Source: a virus. Taken from it: a stretch of DNA of 64,000 nucleotides. Both the position numbers and the translations under genes were made by a program. Under the pieces are notes generated by a model, which was not told the DNA's origin, searched no databases, and saw nothing but the letters and a program-made list of their open reading frames with translations. Shown one piece after another: positions 36,330-44,444 of the stretch. The stretch's first letter is position 1. Each line of letters begins with the position of its first letter. The DNA lies in the IMG/VR virus record IMGVR_UViG_3300036792_000284, positions 60,280 through 124,279 of that record, one strand, 5' to 3'.

Positions 36330-36680
36330 GACTCGCATGCGATAAACGGCGCGCCAGGTGCGGTGGCGCTTGCATCGACATGACAGGGACCCCGTCCGGT
36401 TCCCCGCTACCAGCCTCACCAGTCGGCAGCCAGTCCGGGCGGGGTCCCTACTAATCTCCGCCCGAAAGGCCCAGCACGGCGCGCTCGCGGGAACACGCAA
36501 GGCCAGCCGTCGACCGCGGAAAGCGGGACTGGCTGGCCTCATTGGTGCCTCCTGCAGCATACGCGGAGGCAGGCCGGGGGCGCCTGTCCTCCGCCGGTAG
36601 ATCGCCGGTGCGGACTGGGCCTCTCGGGCTCTGCCGCTGAGATTAGGCCCTGCGGCAGAGCCCGTCAATATCACTGGGCT
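36330..36680. ncRNA. Candidate structured non-coding RNA or leader
   Basis: About 350 nt with no credible ORF and several long hairpins; no known family recognised. Confidence 0.3.
36626..36663. terminator. Stem-loop downstream of the VirD4 operon
   Basis: Perfect 12-bp arms GGGCTCTGCCGC/GCGGCAGAGCCC. Confidence 0.65.
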
Positions 36681-36681
36681 A

Positions 36682-37296
36682 CTAGGACCTCGTGCGGCTC
36701 GCGCGCTTGGGAGCGGGCTTGCGGACGCGGGTCTTGTCGGCCACGGTCCCGAACCCGTGCACCCCCCTCGCCGGGACCGGCACCCGGGTCCTGGCGGCCA
36801 TGGCGGTGTTCCCGGCAGTGCGCTTGCCGAAGTTCCAGCCGTGCGGGCCACGGCGGCTGCGCAGCCGCGACGGAACGGACCTGACCAGGGCGGCAGCGGC
36901 CTTGGCCCGGCCCGCGAGCCAGACGGCGCTCTGCTTGGTCTTCCTGCGGGCCGTCTCGGCCGCCTGGGACCGCGCCGCCGCGGTCTGGATGCGCTTCTGC
37001 ATCTGGTGGACGATCTCGCGCACGAGCTGCTGCTGCACGCGCAGGTCGCGCGACTCCAGCAGTTGCCGCAGCAGGGACCGGGACTCCGGGCCGAGGACGA
37101 CGCGCTGCCCGGCGGCCATCCGGTCGGTGTCACCGGGCAGGCTGGCCGCGCGGTCGTGCAGGTTGACGGCGGAGTCGATCTGCCGCACGTGGGCGGCCAG
37201 GACGCTGGCCCGCTTCGGCAGGAACCGGGGCTTCAGCAGTTGCTTGACCAGGTGCCGGGCGTGCCTCGGCAGCCGGCGGCGGTGGGGGTGGTCCAT
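36682..37296 (-). CDS. Highly basic hypothetical protein
   Basis: 204 aa, R/K-rich; GAGGAG SD; follows VirD4. Confidence 0.6.
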   Translation of the reverse strand: MDHPHRRRLPRHARHLVKQLLKPRFLPKRASVLAAHVRQIDSAVNLHDRAASLPGDTDRMAAGQRVVLGPESRSLLRQLLESRDLRVQQQLVREIVHQMQKRIQTAAARSQAAETARRKTKQSAVWLAGRAKAAAALVRSVPSRLRSRRGPHGWNFGKRTAGNTAMAARTRVPVPARGVHGFGTVADKTRVRKPAPKRASRTRS

Positions 37297-37300
37297 TCAG

Positions 37301-39007
37301 TCACTCCTCAGTAGTGTCTTGCGGGGCGGCCGGGGGGCCGTCCACGATGGTGACCGGGCGGTAGCCCGGGTGGTTCCACACCGGCCTGATCCTGACCTGC
37401 ACCGGCTTGCAGTTGCGGTGCATCACCAGGGCGTGCATGTCCTGCAGCAGCCGCAGCCGCTCGGGCGGGTAGACGCGCTCCGGGCGCCGGGCCTTGCCGC
37501 GGCCCTCGCGCTCCCAGGTCTCGCGCTCGCCGCAGACGACCGACACGCGCTCCAGCTCTCCCGGGCTGGTCATGCCGCCCGCGAAGACCTTGGTGGAGAA
37601 CAGCGTCATGATGGTCTCCTGGTCCTCCGCGCCGCCCCACGCCGACAGCTGGGACAGCGCCTGCAGGCCCGCGATGACCGTGATGTTGTAGCCGGCGGTG
37701 ACCGCGCACCAGCGCTTGAAGTCGATCCGCGCGGTGGTCGCCGCCTCGTCGGCCGCGATGGTCAGCGGGACCGGCAGCCGGCCGCCGCTCTGCTCGGCCA
37801 GGACCCGGGCCTGCTCCATGAACTCGCTCACGAACGCGGAGAAGAACGGGGTGAGCGAGCCGTAGGCGCGCTCGGAGCCGATCAGGTAGACCGTGCCGGG
37901 CCGCTCGGCGCGCAGGAACGCGGGGATGTCCAGCCCCCCGCCCGGCTCCGGGCAGGCCACGGCGGACAGCACCCGGGAGTTCAGCCAGCCGAGCGCGGCC
38001 TTCGCCGAGGCGACGGCGCTGTTCAGCAGCTCCGGGCCCTCGTCGATCATCGCTTCGAGGGCGTCCGCCCAGCCGGGCGCGGCCTTTTCCCCGCGCAGCG
38101 CCTTGGCCAGCCGCTCGTCATCGGGGCAGCGGACCCAGGCCAGCACGTCCAGCATGCTGGCGCCGGTGAGGGCGGCGGCGTGCAGCACCCACTGCAGCAG
38201 CTCGGTACCGCGCTGCTCGTGCCAGACGTCCTTGCCGGAGCTGTCGCGCGGGGAGGCCTGCATGAAGTCGCCGGCCCGGCGGATCGCCACCTCGGAGTCC
38301 GCGCAGCCGGCGACCGGGGACCACGCGAAGTTGGTGCCGGGCCCGTAGCCGTCGGCGTCGAGCACCAGCACCTCGCCGCGGTCCTCGCGGGCCAGGACGG
38401 TGTGCCGGTACTGGTCGCCGCGCGAGGAGGTGGCGAGCACCGTGCCGGGCGCCTCCAGCACCGCGGTGGAGATCCAGGCCGTCTTAATGGACTGCGGGAC
38501 GCCGGCAACCAGGATGGTCTCCGCGCGGGAGACCGCCACCCGCTGCGCGGGCCGGTGCACCGTGGTGCCCAGCGCGATAGCGGCCTGCTGCGCAGGCAGG
38601 GCCGGGGCCAGCCGGGCCATCTTCTTCACCGCGGCCGACGGGGACAGCGCCCGGCGCACGTCGAACGGGGTGGCCTCGCCCTGGTACTTGCGCCGCCTGC
38701 GGCGGGCCGCCCGGCCGCCGGCGAAGTGCCACGTCAGGCCCTCCGACGCGCGCTGGACGCCGTGCGCCAGGCACGCGCCGACGACGAGCAGGTCCAGGTC
38801 GACCGGAACCTTGGCGGCGACGCAGACGACGGCGCCTGCACCGGAGGCCAGCGCGTAGCCGCCGCCGAACCGGATGAGCCCGCGCCCGGCGGCGACCAGG
38901 TGCTCCGCCAGCACCGGGTCGCGCGGCACCAGCTTGCCCGGCCGCGCCGGGGCGTCGCTCTTGAGGTCGGGGCCGGAGACCACCGTCATCCGGCTCAGCA
39001 CGGTCAC
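37301..39007 (-). CDS. VirD4/TraG-like type IV coupling protein
   Basis: N-terminal hydrophobic segment, GVPQSIKT (degenerate Walker A), VLATSSRGD, VLVLD, WSPVAGC, TVYLIG, IAADEAAT, GLQALSQL..WG, KVFAGG. Confidence 0.85.
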   Translation of the reverse strand: MTVLSRMTVVSGPDLKSDAPARPGKLVPRDPVLAEHLVAAGRGLIRFGGGYALASGAGAVVCVAAKVPVDLDLLVVGACLAHGVQRASEGLTWHFAGGRAARRRRRKYQGEATPFDVRRALSPSAAVKKMARLAPALPAQQAAIALGTTVHRPAQRVAVSRAETILVAGVPQSIKTAWISTAVLEAPGTVLATSSRGDQYRHTVLAREDRGEVLVLDADGYGPGTNFAWSPVAGCADSEVAIRRAGDFMQASPRDSSGKDVWHEQRGTELLQWVLHAAALTGASMLDVLAWVRCPDDERLAKALRGEKAAPGWADALEAMIDEGPELLNSAVASAKAALGWLNSRVLSAVACPEPGGGLDIPAFLRAERPGTVYLIGSERAYGSLTPFFSAFVSEFMEQARVLAEQSGGRLPVPLTIAADEAATTARIDFKRWCAVTAGYNITVIAGLQALSQLSAWGGAEDQETIMTLFSTKVFAGGMTSPGELERVSVVCGERETWEREGRGKARRPERVYPPERLRLLQDMHALVMHRNCKPVQVRIRPVWNHPGYRPVTIVDGPPAAPQDTTEE

Positions 39008-39174
39008 CGGGACCGCCGGGTGCGCTGCGCGCGGTTCCGGCGGTGGGCCCGGCCGCGGTCGTCGTCGGGGACGCCCCAGAACTCCTGGTGCCGCTGAAGG
39101 CGCTGAGCGGCCAGCCGCTGGGCGCGGTTACGGTTGCCTGCCTCGCGCGAGCGCTCTTCGCGGTTGTCTGCCAT
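39004..39174 (-). CDS. Arg-rich 56-aa peptide
   Basis: MADNREERSRE...; GGGAGAGGCAC leader; GTGA overlap with VirD4. Confidence 0.55.
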   Translation of the reverse strand: MADNREERSREAGNRNRAQRLAAQRLQRHQEFWGVPDDDRGRAHRRNRAQRTRRSR

Positions 39175-39238
39175 GTGCCTCTCCCAGACTTGGATGTCAC
39201 TTGACCCAAGTCTAGGGAGTTACTTGACAAGAGTCAAG

Positions 39239-39652
39239 TCAGAGAGTGCTATTTCCTGCCGGCTCGCGGTCCGCCGGGGCAGCGACCGCCTGCAGCAGCA
39301 GTACCTGGGAGGTTCCGACGGTCACCGGGTGCCCGGTCTGCGTCACGTGGTCGCCGGCCCGCGCCCCCTGGTCGCTCAGCGCCTCCGGCGTGGTGTCCTC
39401 CACGACCTCGGAGAACCCGCAGCCCTGGCACTCGGTGACCGAGGGCAGCCGCGTGAACGTCCGCCGCACGTTCTGCTTGCGGGCGCGCCAGGAGACCACC
39501 CAGTCCGGCAGGTGCTCCGGGCAGAACGCCTCGGAGCCGTCCCGGCGGTGGAACCAGCCTGCGTCTTTCGCCCGGATCGAGGCGAACTTGTCGCCCGGGT
39601 GCGTCACGGTGCAGCCGTTGGCGCTGCAGCGGACCGGGGGGACACGGCTCAT
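39239..39652 (-). CDS. Hypothetical Zn-binding protein
   Basis: CSANGC, FCPEH, CQGC. Confidence 0.6.
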   Translation of the reverse strand: MSRVPPVRCSANGCTVTHPGDKFASIRAKDAGWFHRRDGSEAFCPEHLPDWVVSWRARKQNVRRTFTRLPSVTECQGCGFSEVVEDTTPEALSDQGARAGDHVTQTGHPVTVGTSQVLLLQAVAAPADREPAGNSTL

Positions 39653-39969
39653 TTCGGCGGCTTCCGCCGCGGCACGTCGACCATGTGCCACTCCATGACC
39701 GCCGGCTTGCCTTTCACGTCCTCAACCCACCGGCCGTAGGAGTGCTCGGCGCAGTGGTACCACGGGACGCGGCGCTTGATGCCGTGCATCACCGCGATGA
39801 CGGCAGGCTGCCCGCAGGCGTGCTTCATGTCGCCGCCGCGCCAGCGGCACGGCTTGCCGTCCGGGGCCGGGGCCCAGTCGTGCGGGTCGGCGGGGACCGC
39901 CTCCCACCGGGTGCCCGGCTCAGGGTCGTGCGGCGGGGCGGGGCGGGCGAACGCGGTTCCGTTACTCAA
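39649..39969 (-). CDS. Hypothetical protein
   Basis: AGGAGG SD; CRW...HACG...YHCAEH. Confidence 0.6.
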   Translation of the reverse strand: MSNGTAFARPAPPHDPEPGTRWEAVPADPHDWAPAPDGKPCRWRGGDMKHACGQPAVIAVMHGIKRRVPWYHCAEHSYGRWVEDVKGKPAVMEWHMVDVPRRKPPK

Positions 39970-39995
39970 GTTTCCTCCTGTTGCTTGACTGAAGT

Positions 39996-40385
39996 CTAGC
40001 GAGGACGTTTCCCCTCGTCAACAGCGGCCTCCCGGCCGACCACCGCCAGCTTCAGCCGCTCCAGCGGCACGCCGCAGCGCGGGCAGCTCAGCTGCTCCCC
40101 GCCCGGCACGTCGTCCCACCACGCCGTCCCGCCGTGCTCACCGCACCGCTCGCAGTGCAGCAGCGTGAACACCTCGCGCCGGCCGGCCACGCGGCGGGCC
40201 TTCTCCGTCTCCGCGCACGCCTTCGCCGACATGGCGGTCAGGTGGTCGTGCACGCAGGACCAGACCGGCGCGATGTCCGGCTTCCAGCGCAGCGCCCCGC
40301 GGTAGGCTGCCGTGCCGCGCCTGATGTGCACGTAGCCGGCGCGCAGGTCCTTCGGGTCGCGGGCCGGGGGCGGTCCGCCGGTCAC
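39996..40385 (-). CDS. Zn-ribbon protein
   Basis: CERC...CPRC. Confidence 0.6.
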   Translation of the reverse strand: MTGGPPPARDPKDLRAGYVHIRRGTAAYRGALRWKPDIAPVWSCVHDHLTAMSAKACAETEKARRVAGRREVFTLLHCERCGEHGGTAWWDDVPGGEQLSCPRCGVPLERLKLAVVGREAAVDEGKRPR

Positions 40386-40699
40386 GACAGCCGGTCCGGG
40401 AACAAGGCGGACTCGATGGCAGCCCGGCGGCCGAGCACGGCCGGCCAGTTCGGCGCCTGGATGGAGCCGGACGTTCCCCGGGTGAGCATCTGGCCGTTCC
40501 TGGCCGCCTGCTGGTCGCCGCCGGAGTAGTCGATGCGGACGCAGGTCATCCCCCCGCCCGGCAGATGCACCCGGCGCCACTCGTACAGGCCCTGGCTGTC
40601 GCCGTAGGCGAGTTCGCCGGCGGGAGTCTCCGCGAACCACTTGGCGCCGCTGCGCTTGAACACCAGCGGCACCGAGCGGGACAGGATGTCGTCAGCCAC
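40382..40699 (-). CDS. Hypothetical protein
   Basis: GTG start; coupled. Confidence 0.55.
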   Translation of the reverse strand: MADDILSRSVPLVFKRSGAKWFAETPAGELAYGDSQGLYEWRRVHLPGGGMTCVRIDYSGGDQQAARNGQMLTRGTSGSIQAPNWPAVLGRRAAIESALFPDRLS

Positions 40700-40901
40700 G
40701 GGGCACCACGGCGGCCACTGCTGCCTGCAGCAGGTCGATAACGTGCTGCAGGGCGGCCTGGTCCGCGGAGTAGCCGGCGTACCCGGGCCTGCCGGCCAGC
40801 TCCGCCTTGACGCCGGCCAGGTAGCCGCAGACCCCCAGGGGGTGCAGCTCTTCTGGCCGCTTCCGCAGCGGCTCCCTGTCATACCCCGGCCCCATGCCCA
40901 T
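40692..40901 (-). CDS. Hypothetical protein
   Basis: Preceded by conserved leader and promoter. Confidence 0.6.
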   Translation of the reverse strand: MGMGPGYDREPLRKRPEELHPLGVCGYLAGVKAELAGRPGYAGYSADQAALQHVIDLLQAAVAAVVPRG

Positions 40902-40983
40902 GTGTGCCTGCCCTTCGCCTTGAAGACGAGACTGCCCCGCCAGATGAAAGCATAGCGGGGCAGTTTACTTGAGTCAAGTAACT

Positions 40984-41223
40984 CTAGGGGAAGGCGGGGG
41001 CACTGGCCCTGCAGTAGATGCCGTGTATCAGGGCGTCGGCGTCCCCGCCGAGGCGGGTCACCTCCGCCTTCAGCTCGGCGGCCACCGCCAGGGCGCCGGC
41101 GTACGTCAGGCCCGGGGCCTCGGCGGCCTGCTCCAGCACCTCGCCGTACATGCCGGCCTCGTAGGCGGTCAGGCCGGCCAGCGCGGTCAGCAGGGCCTCG
41201 GATGTCTTCAGGCGCGGAGCCAC
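40984..41223 (-). CDS. Hypothetical protein
   Basis: GGGAGG SD, GTG start. Confidence 0.55.
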   Translation of the reverse strand: MAPRLKTSEALLTALAGLTAYEAGMYGEVLEQAAEAPGLTYAGALAVAAELKAEVTRLGGDADALIHGIYCRASAPAFP

Positions 41224-41347
41224 GGGTACCTCCCGGTGTCGTCCGGATCGAGGGGACAGCCGGCCCGGCGGCCAGGGAGGCAAATCAAGCGACTCGATTT
41301 GTTAACCCTCAACCCTGGCCAAAGACAAGCTTTTATACGCCTAACGC

Positions 41348-41617
41348 TCATGATGTTGATCCGTCATCCATCAGCACGTCCCAGGAGCTGGCCCCCGCGG
41401 GCGCCGGCAGGCCTTCCCCGGCCAGCCGCAGTGCCGTCTCCGCGACCAGCCGCAGCGCCGCGGTGAGCGACGCAGAGCCCTGCTGGCCTGCGGAAAGGCG
41501 CATCTCCAGGCCCTCTCTCAGCAACTGGGACATGGGCACGCCCTCAGCCGCCGCGGCCTTGCGGAGACGCTCGTCGGTCTCCGGGTCGAGGTGCAGGAGG
41601 TACCCGCCTTTGCCCAT
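41348..41617 (-). CDS. Ribbon-helix-helix (CopG/Arc-like) DNA-binding protein
   Basis: YLLHLDPETDERLRKAAAAEGVPMSQLLREGLE. Confidence 0.75.
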   Translation of the reverse strand: MGKGGYLLHLDPETDERLRKAAAAEGVPMSQLLREGLEMRLSAGQQGSASLTAALRLVAETALRLAGEGLPAPAGASSWDVLMDDGSTS

Positions 41618-41675
41618 GGCACCAAGCTAGCAGGGGTGCTATATATATGCAAGCTAGCTATCACCCCTATATAAC

Positions 41676-42182
41676 TTATGACTCTGCGTTGCCCGGCCGC
41701 CACGACATGGCGTCAATCCACGGGTAAGTATCAACTTCCGCTTGAGACTCCGGCAAGGTACGCCCGAGGTGATCTGGAATCAGTCCCGGAAGATTCTGCC
41801 CAGATTCTTCACCGCAGAACAAGGCCAGTGTTTCTGGCGGCAGGTACCCGCTCACCTCGACGGTGCGCCCGGCCAGCCCCCCGACGAACTCCGCCGCGTC
41901 CTCGATGTCGCGGGCCTGTTCGTCGGCGAACCGGAAGGAGAACCCGCTTACCTCCACCCTGACAGGTCCGGAGCGCTGCCCGAACTGGGTCATGTGCAAG
42001 ACGGCCCTGGAGGCTGTAACCGGGACCGGGTCCTCAGGCGAGCTGCACACGCAGCCGAAGCGGATCTCCGGAACCATGGCATCAGGCGAGCCGCACGGGC
42101 ACCACACGGCGCCGACATGGCCCGGAGGGACAGTCATCCGGTTGCCGCAGGCGGGGCAGGCGTAGTCGGCGGTGGGGGCCAC
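41676..42182 (-). CDS. Hypothetical protein with N-terminal Zn ribbon
   Basis: CPACG...WCPCG. Confidence 0.55.
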   Translation of the reverse strand: MAPTADYACPACGNRMTVPPGHVGAVWCPCGSPDAMVPEIRFGCVCSSPEDPVPVTASRAVLHMTQFGQRSGPVRVEVSGFSFRFADEQARDIEDAAEFVGGLAGRTVEVSGYLPPETLALFCGEESGQNLPGLIPDHLGRTLPESQAEVDTYPWIDAMSWRPGNAES

Positions 42183-42211
42183 GGCTCAAGCCTAGACAGG
42201 CGGGCGGGCGA

Positions 42212-42247
42212 GGGCGGCGCCTTAATGAGCACCGAACGGCGCCGCCC
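42212..42247. terminator. Stem-loop
   Basis: Perfect 10-bp arms GGGCGGCGCC/GGCGCCGCCC. Confidence 0.55.
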
Positions 42248-42419
42248 TCGCTATATCCCGCGCGGTGGGCGCCGCCTGGTCGAAGGGCGGCACGCGGGGG
42301 AGCAGAAACCGAGGCTCCGTTTGCGGCGGCGTGCCTCCAGGCCCTGCGCGGCCCACGCTAGCAGGGCAGCTGCGCTGCGCGCAGGCGGAAAAGATTTATC
42401 AGTCGCGGGCGGACTACCA

Positions 42420-42513
42420 GCCGCGGCGGTCCGGTGGAACGGGACTCCGGATATATATGTCCCCGGCCGTTCGGCGGGACCCGGATATATATAAATTTGC
42501 CGCGGCGGTCCGG
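42420..42513. repeat. Nested direct repeats around ATATATAT boxes (origin or terminus candidate)
   Basis: GCCGCGGCGGTCCGG at 42420 and 42499; GGGAC(T)CCGGATATATAT at 42441 and 42476. Confidence 0.7.
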
Positions 42514-42643
42514 CACACACCTAAGCACCCGCGGAGGCGAGCCTCTGACCTACCCGGATGGGACCCGGACGACGCGGCCCCGCCGCGCGCGGGCCCGCCA
42601 GCATGCCGGCGGGGCGCCCCGGGCGAGGCGCCCCGCCCGCGGG

Positions 42644-42886
42644 CTAGGCCCTGGCCTCCCGCACTATGGCTTTGCACATCCACGGCATCCCGTGACCGTC
42701 CGCGTCCACATAGAGCAAGTCACACGCCCCGTAGCGCGCGCCCACGCTGGCCTCCCGCACTATGGCCAGGGCCTCACTGTCGTTAGGCGCCCCGGTAACC
42801 AGCGTTACCAGGTCATCCCCCGTCATGGCTTCACGCGCGCGCGAGTCACCCGCGCGCGCCGCTGCTAGCTTCTGCTGTGCTGTCAT
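42644..42886 (-). CDS. Leaderless hypothetical protein
   Basis: ATG 6 nt after -10 TACGAT. Confidence 0.6.
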   Translation of the reverse strand: MTAQQKLAAARAGDSRAREAMTGDDLVTLVTGAPNDSEALAIVREASVGARYGACDLLYVDADGHGMPWMCKAIVREARA

Positions 42887-42947
42887 AGGCCCATCGTAGG
42901 CGCGTGGCTTGACTCTGGTCAAGTGCCTACCCTACGGTGGGCCCATG
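42884..42947. promoter_or_regulatory. Symmetric bidirectional promoter
   Basis: One palindrome supplies both -35 boxes; TACGAT (minus) and TACGGT (plus), each 18 nt from -35 and 6 nt from an ATG. Confidence 0.8.
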
Positions 42948-43178
42948 ACTAAAGCACAAGCGCGCCGCATGGCTGCAGCAAACGCACGCCTGATGGGCCC
43001 TAGGGTGCCGGGTGGCACGTACCGCAGCGCGTGGAGCGACGAGACGTACACGGTAGAGGCCATGTGGTGCACCGTCGGCGACGCGTGGCCATGGGTACGC
43101 ATACGTACCGCAGCTGGCGAGGTACGCCAGCACTGTACGCCATGGGACGCGCGCGACATCGTGGTTAACCTCCCCTAG
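42945..43178 (+). CDS. Leaderless hypothetical protein (only convincing plus-strand gene)
   Basis: ATG 6 nt after -10 TACGGT; followed by a hairpin. Confidence 0.65.
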   Translation: MTKAQARRMAAANARLMGPRVPGGTYRSAWSDETYTVEAMWCTVGDAWPWVRIRTAAGEVRQHCTPWDARDIVVNLP

Positions 43179-43192
43179 CCGAGCAACGCCCA

Positions 43193-43224
43193 TAGGGCCC
43201 GCACCGATGTCGGTGCGGGCCCTA
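43193..43224. terminator. Perfect 15-bp inverted repeat
   Basis: TAGGGCCCGCACCGA-TG-TCGGTGCGGGCCCTA. Confidence 0.65.
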
Positions 43225-43230
43225 TTCATG

Positions 43231-43302
43231 CCTGGAGGCCTGGAGGCCTGGAGGCCTGGAGGCCTGGAGGCCTGGAGGCCTGGAGGCCTGGAGGCCTGGA
43301 GG
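43231..43302. repeat. Tandem repeat (CCTGGAGG)x9
   Basis: 72 nt counted directly; stray copies near 43337-43353 and 43879. Confidence 0.97.
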
Positions 43303-43309
43303 CATGGCT

Positions 43310-43339
43310 AGGGCCCGCTAGGACGTCCTAGCGGGCCCT
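43310..43339. repeat. Perfect 30-bp palindrome
   Basis: AGGGCCCGCTAGGACGTCCTAGCGGGCCCT. Confidence 0.9.
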
Positions 43340-43354
43340 GGAGGCGCCTGGAGG

Positions 43355-43762
43355 CTACGGAGCGATGCGCGCCACGCGGTAGCCGTAGTCAGTGAGCTTG
43401 ACCGTAAGCGCGTCGCCGACTACGCGCGCCGTCCGGCCGGAGTCTGCCTCGCTCACGATGCGCTGTACCTCGCCAGCGGTCCGGCCTAGGGCCCGCAGCA
43501 TGAGGGTTAGCGGTCCGTAGGCATACCACGTGTGGTGAACGTTGCTGGCGCCGGCGGTACCGCAGCGGTACGCGCTAACCCGCTTACCATCGATGTCTGC
43601 CTCATAGCAGACCTGCCATTCTTCAGCGTCATGCTGCAGCGTGGCGAGGTACGCCTCCACGCTAGTCGCCGGCATCGTGCGGACGTCGACATCGCGTGCT
43701 GTCTCGCCCGGTATCCATGACCGTACGGTTACCTCTGACTCTAGAACTAGGGTGCCGCTCAT
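43355..43762 (-). CDS. Hypothetical early protein
   Basis: Conserved leader and promoter. Confidence 0.65.
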   Translation of the reverse strand: MSGTLVLESEVTVRSWIPGETARDVDVRTMPATSVEAYLATLQHDAEEWQVCYEADIDGKRVSAYRCGTAGASNVHHTWYAYGPLTLMLRALGRTAGEVQRIVSEADSGRTARVVGDALTVKLTDYGYRVARIAP

Positions 43763-43898
43763 TGGGTGCCTGCTCTCCGTTGCTCGGAATGATGAAACCA
43801 GCATAGGCATATGGCTTGACTCTGGTCAAGACACGCCTATGCCCGGTAGGGGTTACCTACCGGGCGAGGCGCACGGGCCCTGGAGGCCTGGAGGGTGC

Positions 43899-44195
43899 CT
43901 ACATCACGTCAAGCGGGATGTGCCTCCACGCGTTCGCGCGCTCTGCCGCAGCCTCCCCGGGGAACGTGTCCCCTTCCGGTACCGCGTAGGCGTGCGCGTG
44001 GATGTCCGCCGCGGGAATGGTGCCCAGAGGGTTTACGACGTCCGCGGCGATGCGCGCCGCGTGCTCTTCCGACACGATGCCCTGCACACGGGAGTCTAGG
44101 TAAAACGTGGGCGTGCCGCGGGACCCCTCCCACGTGACGCCGTGACGGTCGGTTTCATGAGTGAGCACTCGCACGTGTACGGCGTAGAGGGTCAT
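43899..44195 (-). CDS. Hypothetical early protein
   Basis: ATGA overlap. Confidence 0.6.
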   Translation of the reverse strand: MTLYAVHVRVLTHETDRHGVTWEGSRGTPTFYLDSRVQGIVSEEHAARIAADVVNPLGTIPAADIHAHAYAVPEGDTFPGEAAAERANAWRHIPLDVM

Positions 44196-44380
44196 GACTG
44201 GTCATCCCCTGCAAGCAGGTAGGCGCCGGCAGGAACACCGAACGCGATGCGGAGGATCTGCGCGTGCGGCGCGAACATGTCCGCCAGACAGTAGGAGTCG
44301 CTCATTTCGTCAAGCGCTGCTGCTAGTACCTCGCTCACCCGCGCGCGGTCTGCGGGTGTGAATTCCTGCCTGTCTTCCAT
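44192..44380 (-). CDS. Hypothetical early protein
   Basis: Leader variant AAAGGCAGGTACG. Confidence 0.6.
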   Translation of the reverse strand: MEDRQEFTPADRARVSEVLAAALDEMSDSYCLADMFAPHAQILRIAFGVPAGAYLLAGDDQS

Positions 44381-44444
44381 CGTACCTGCCTTTGTTCGTC
44401 GGTAACCCCACCGTACGCCCATGGCTTGACTCTGGTCAAGCGTG

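Noticed and set aside
36361-36480. c-di-AMP (ydaO) riboswitch or SRP RNA
   Set aside because: Only the short AGCGGGGAACC and GGGGT pieces match; the other conserved elements are missing
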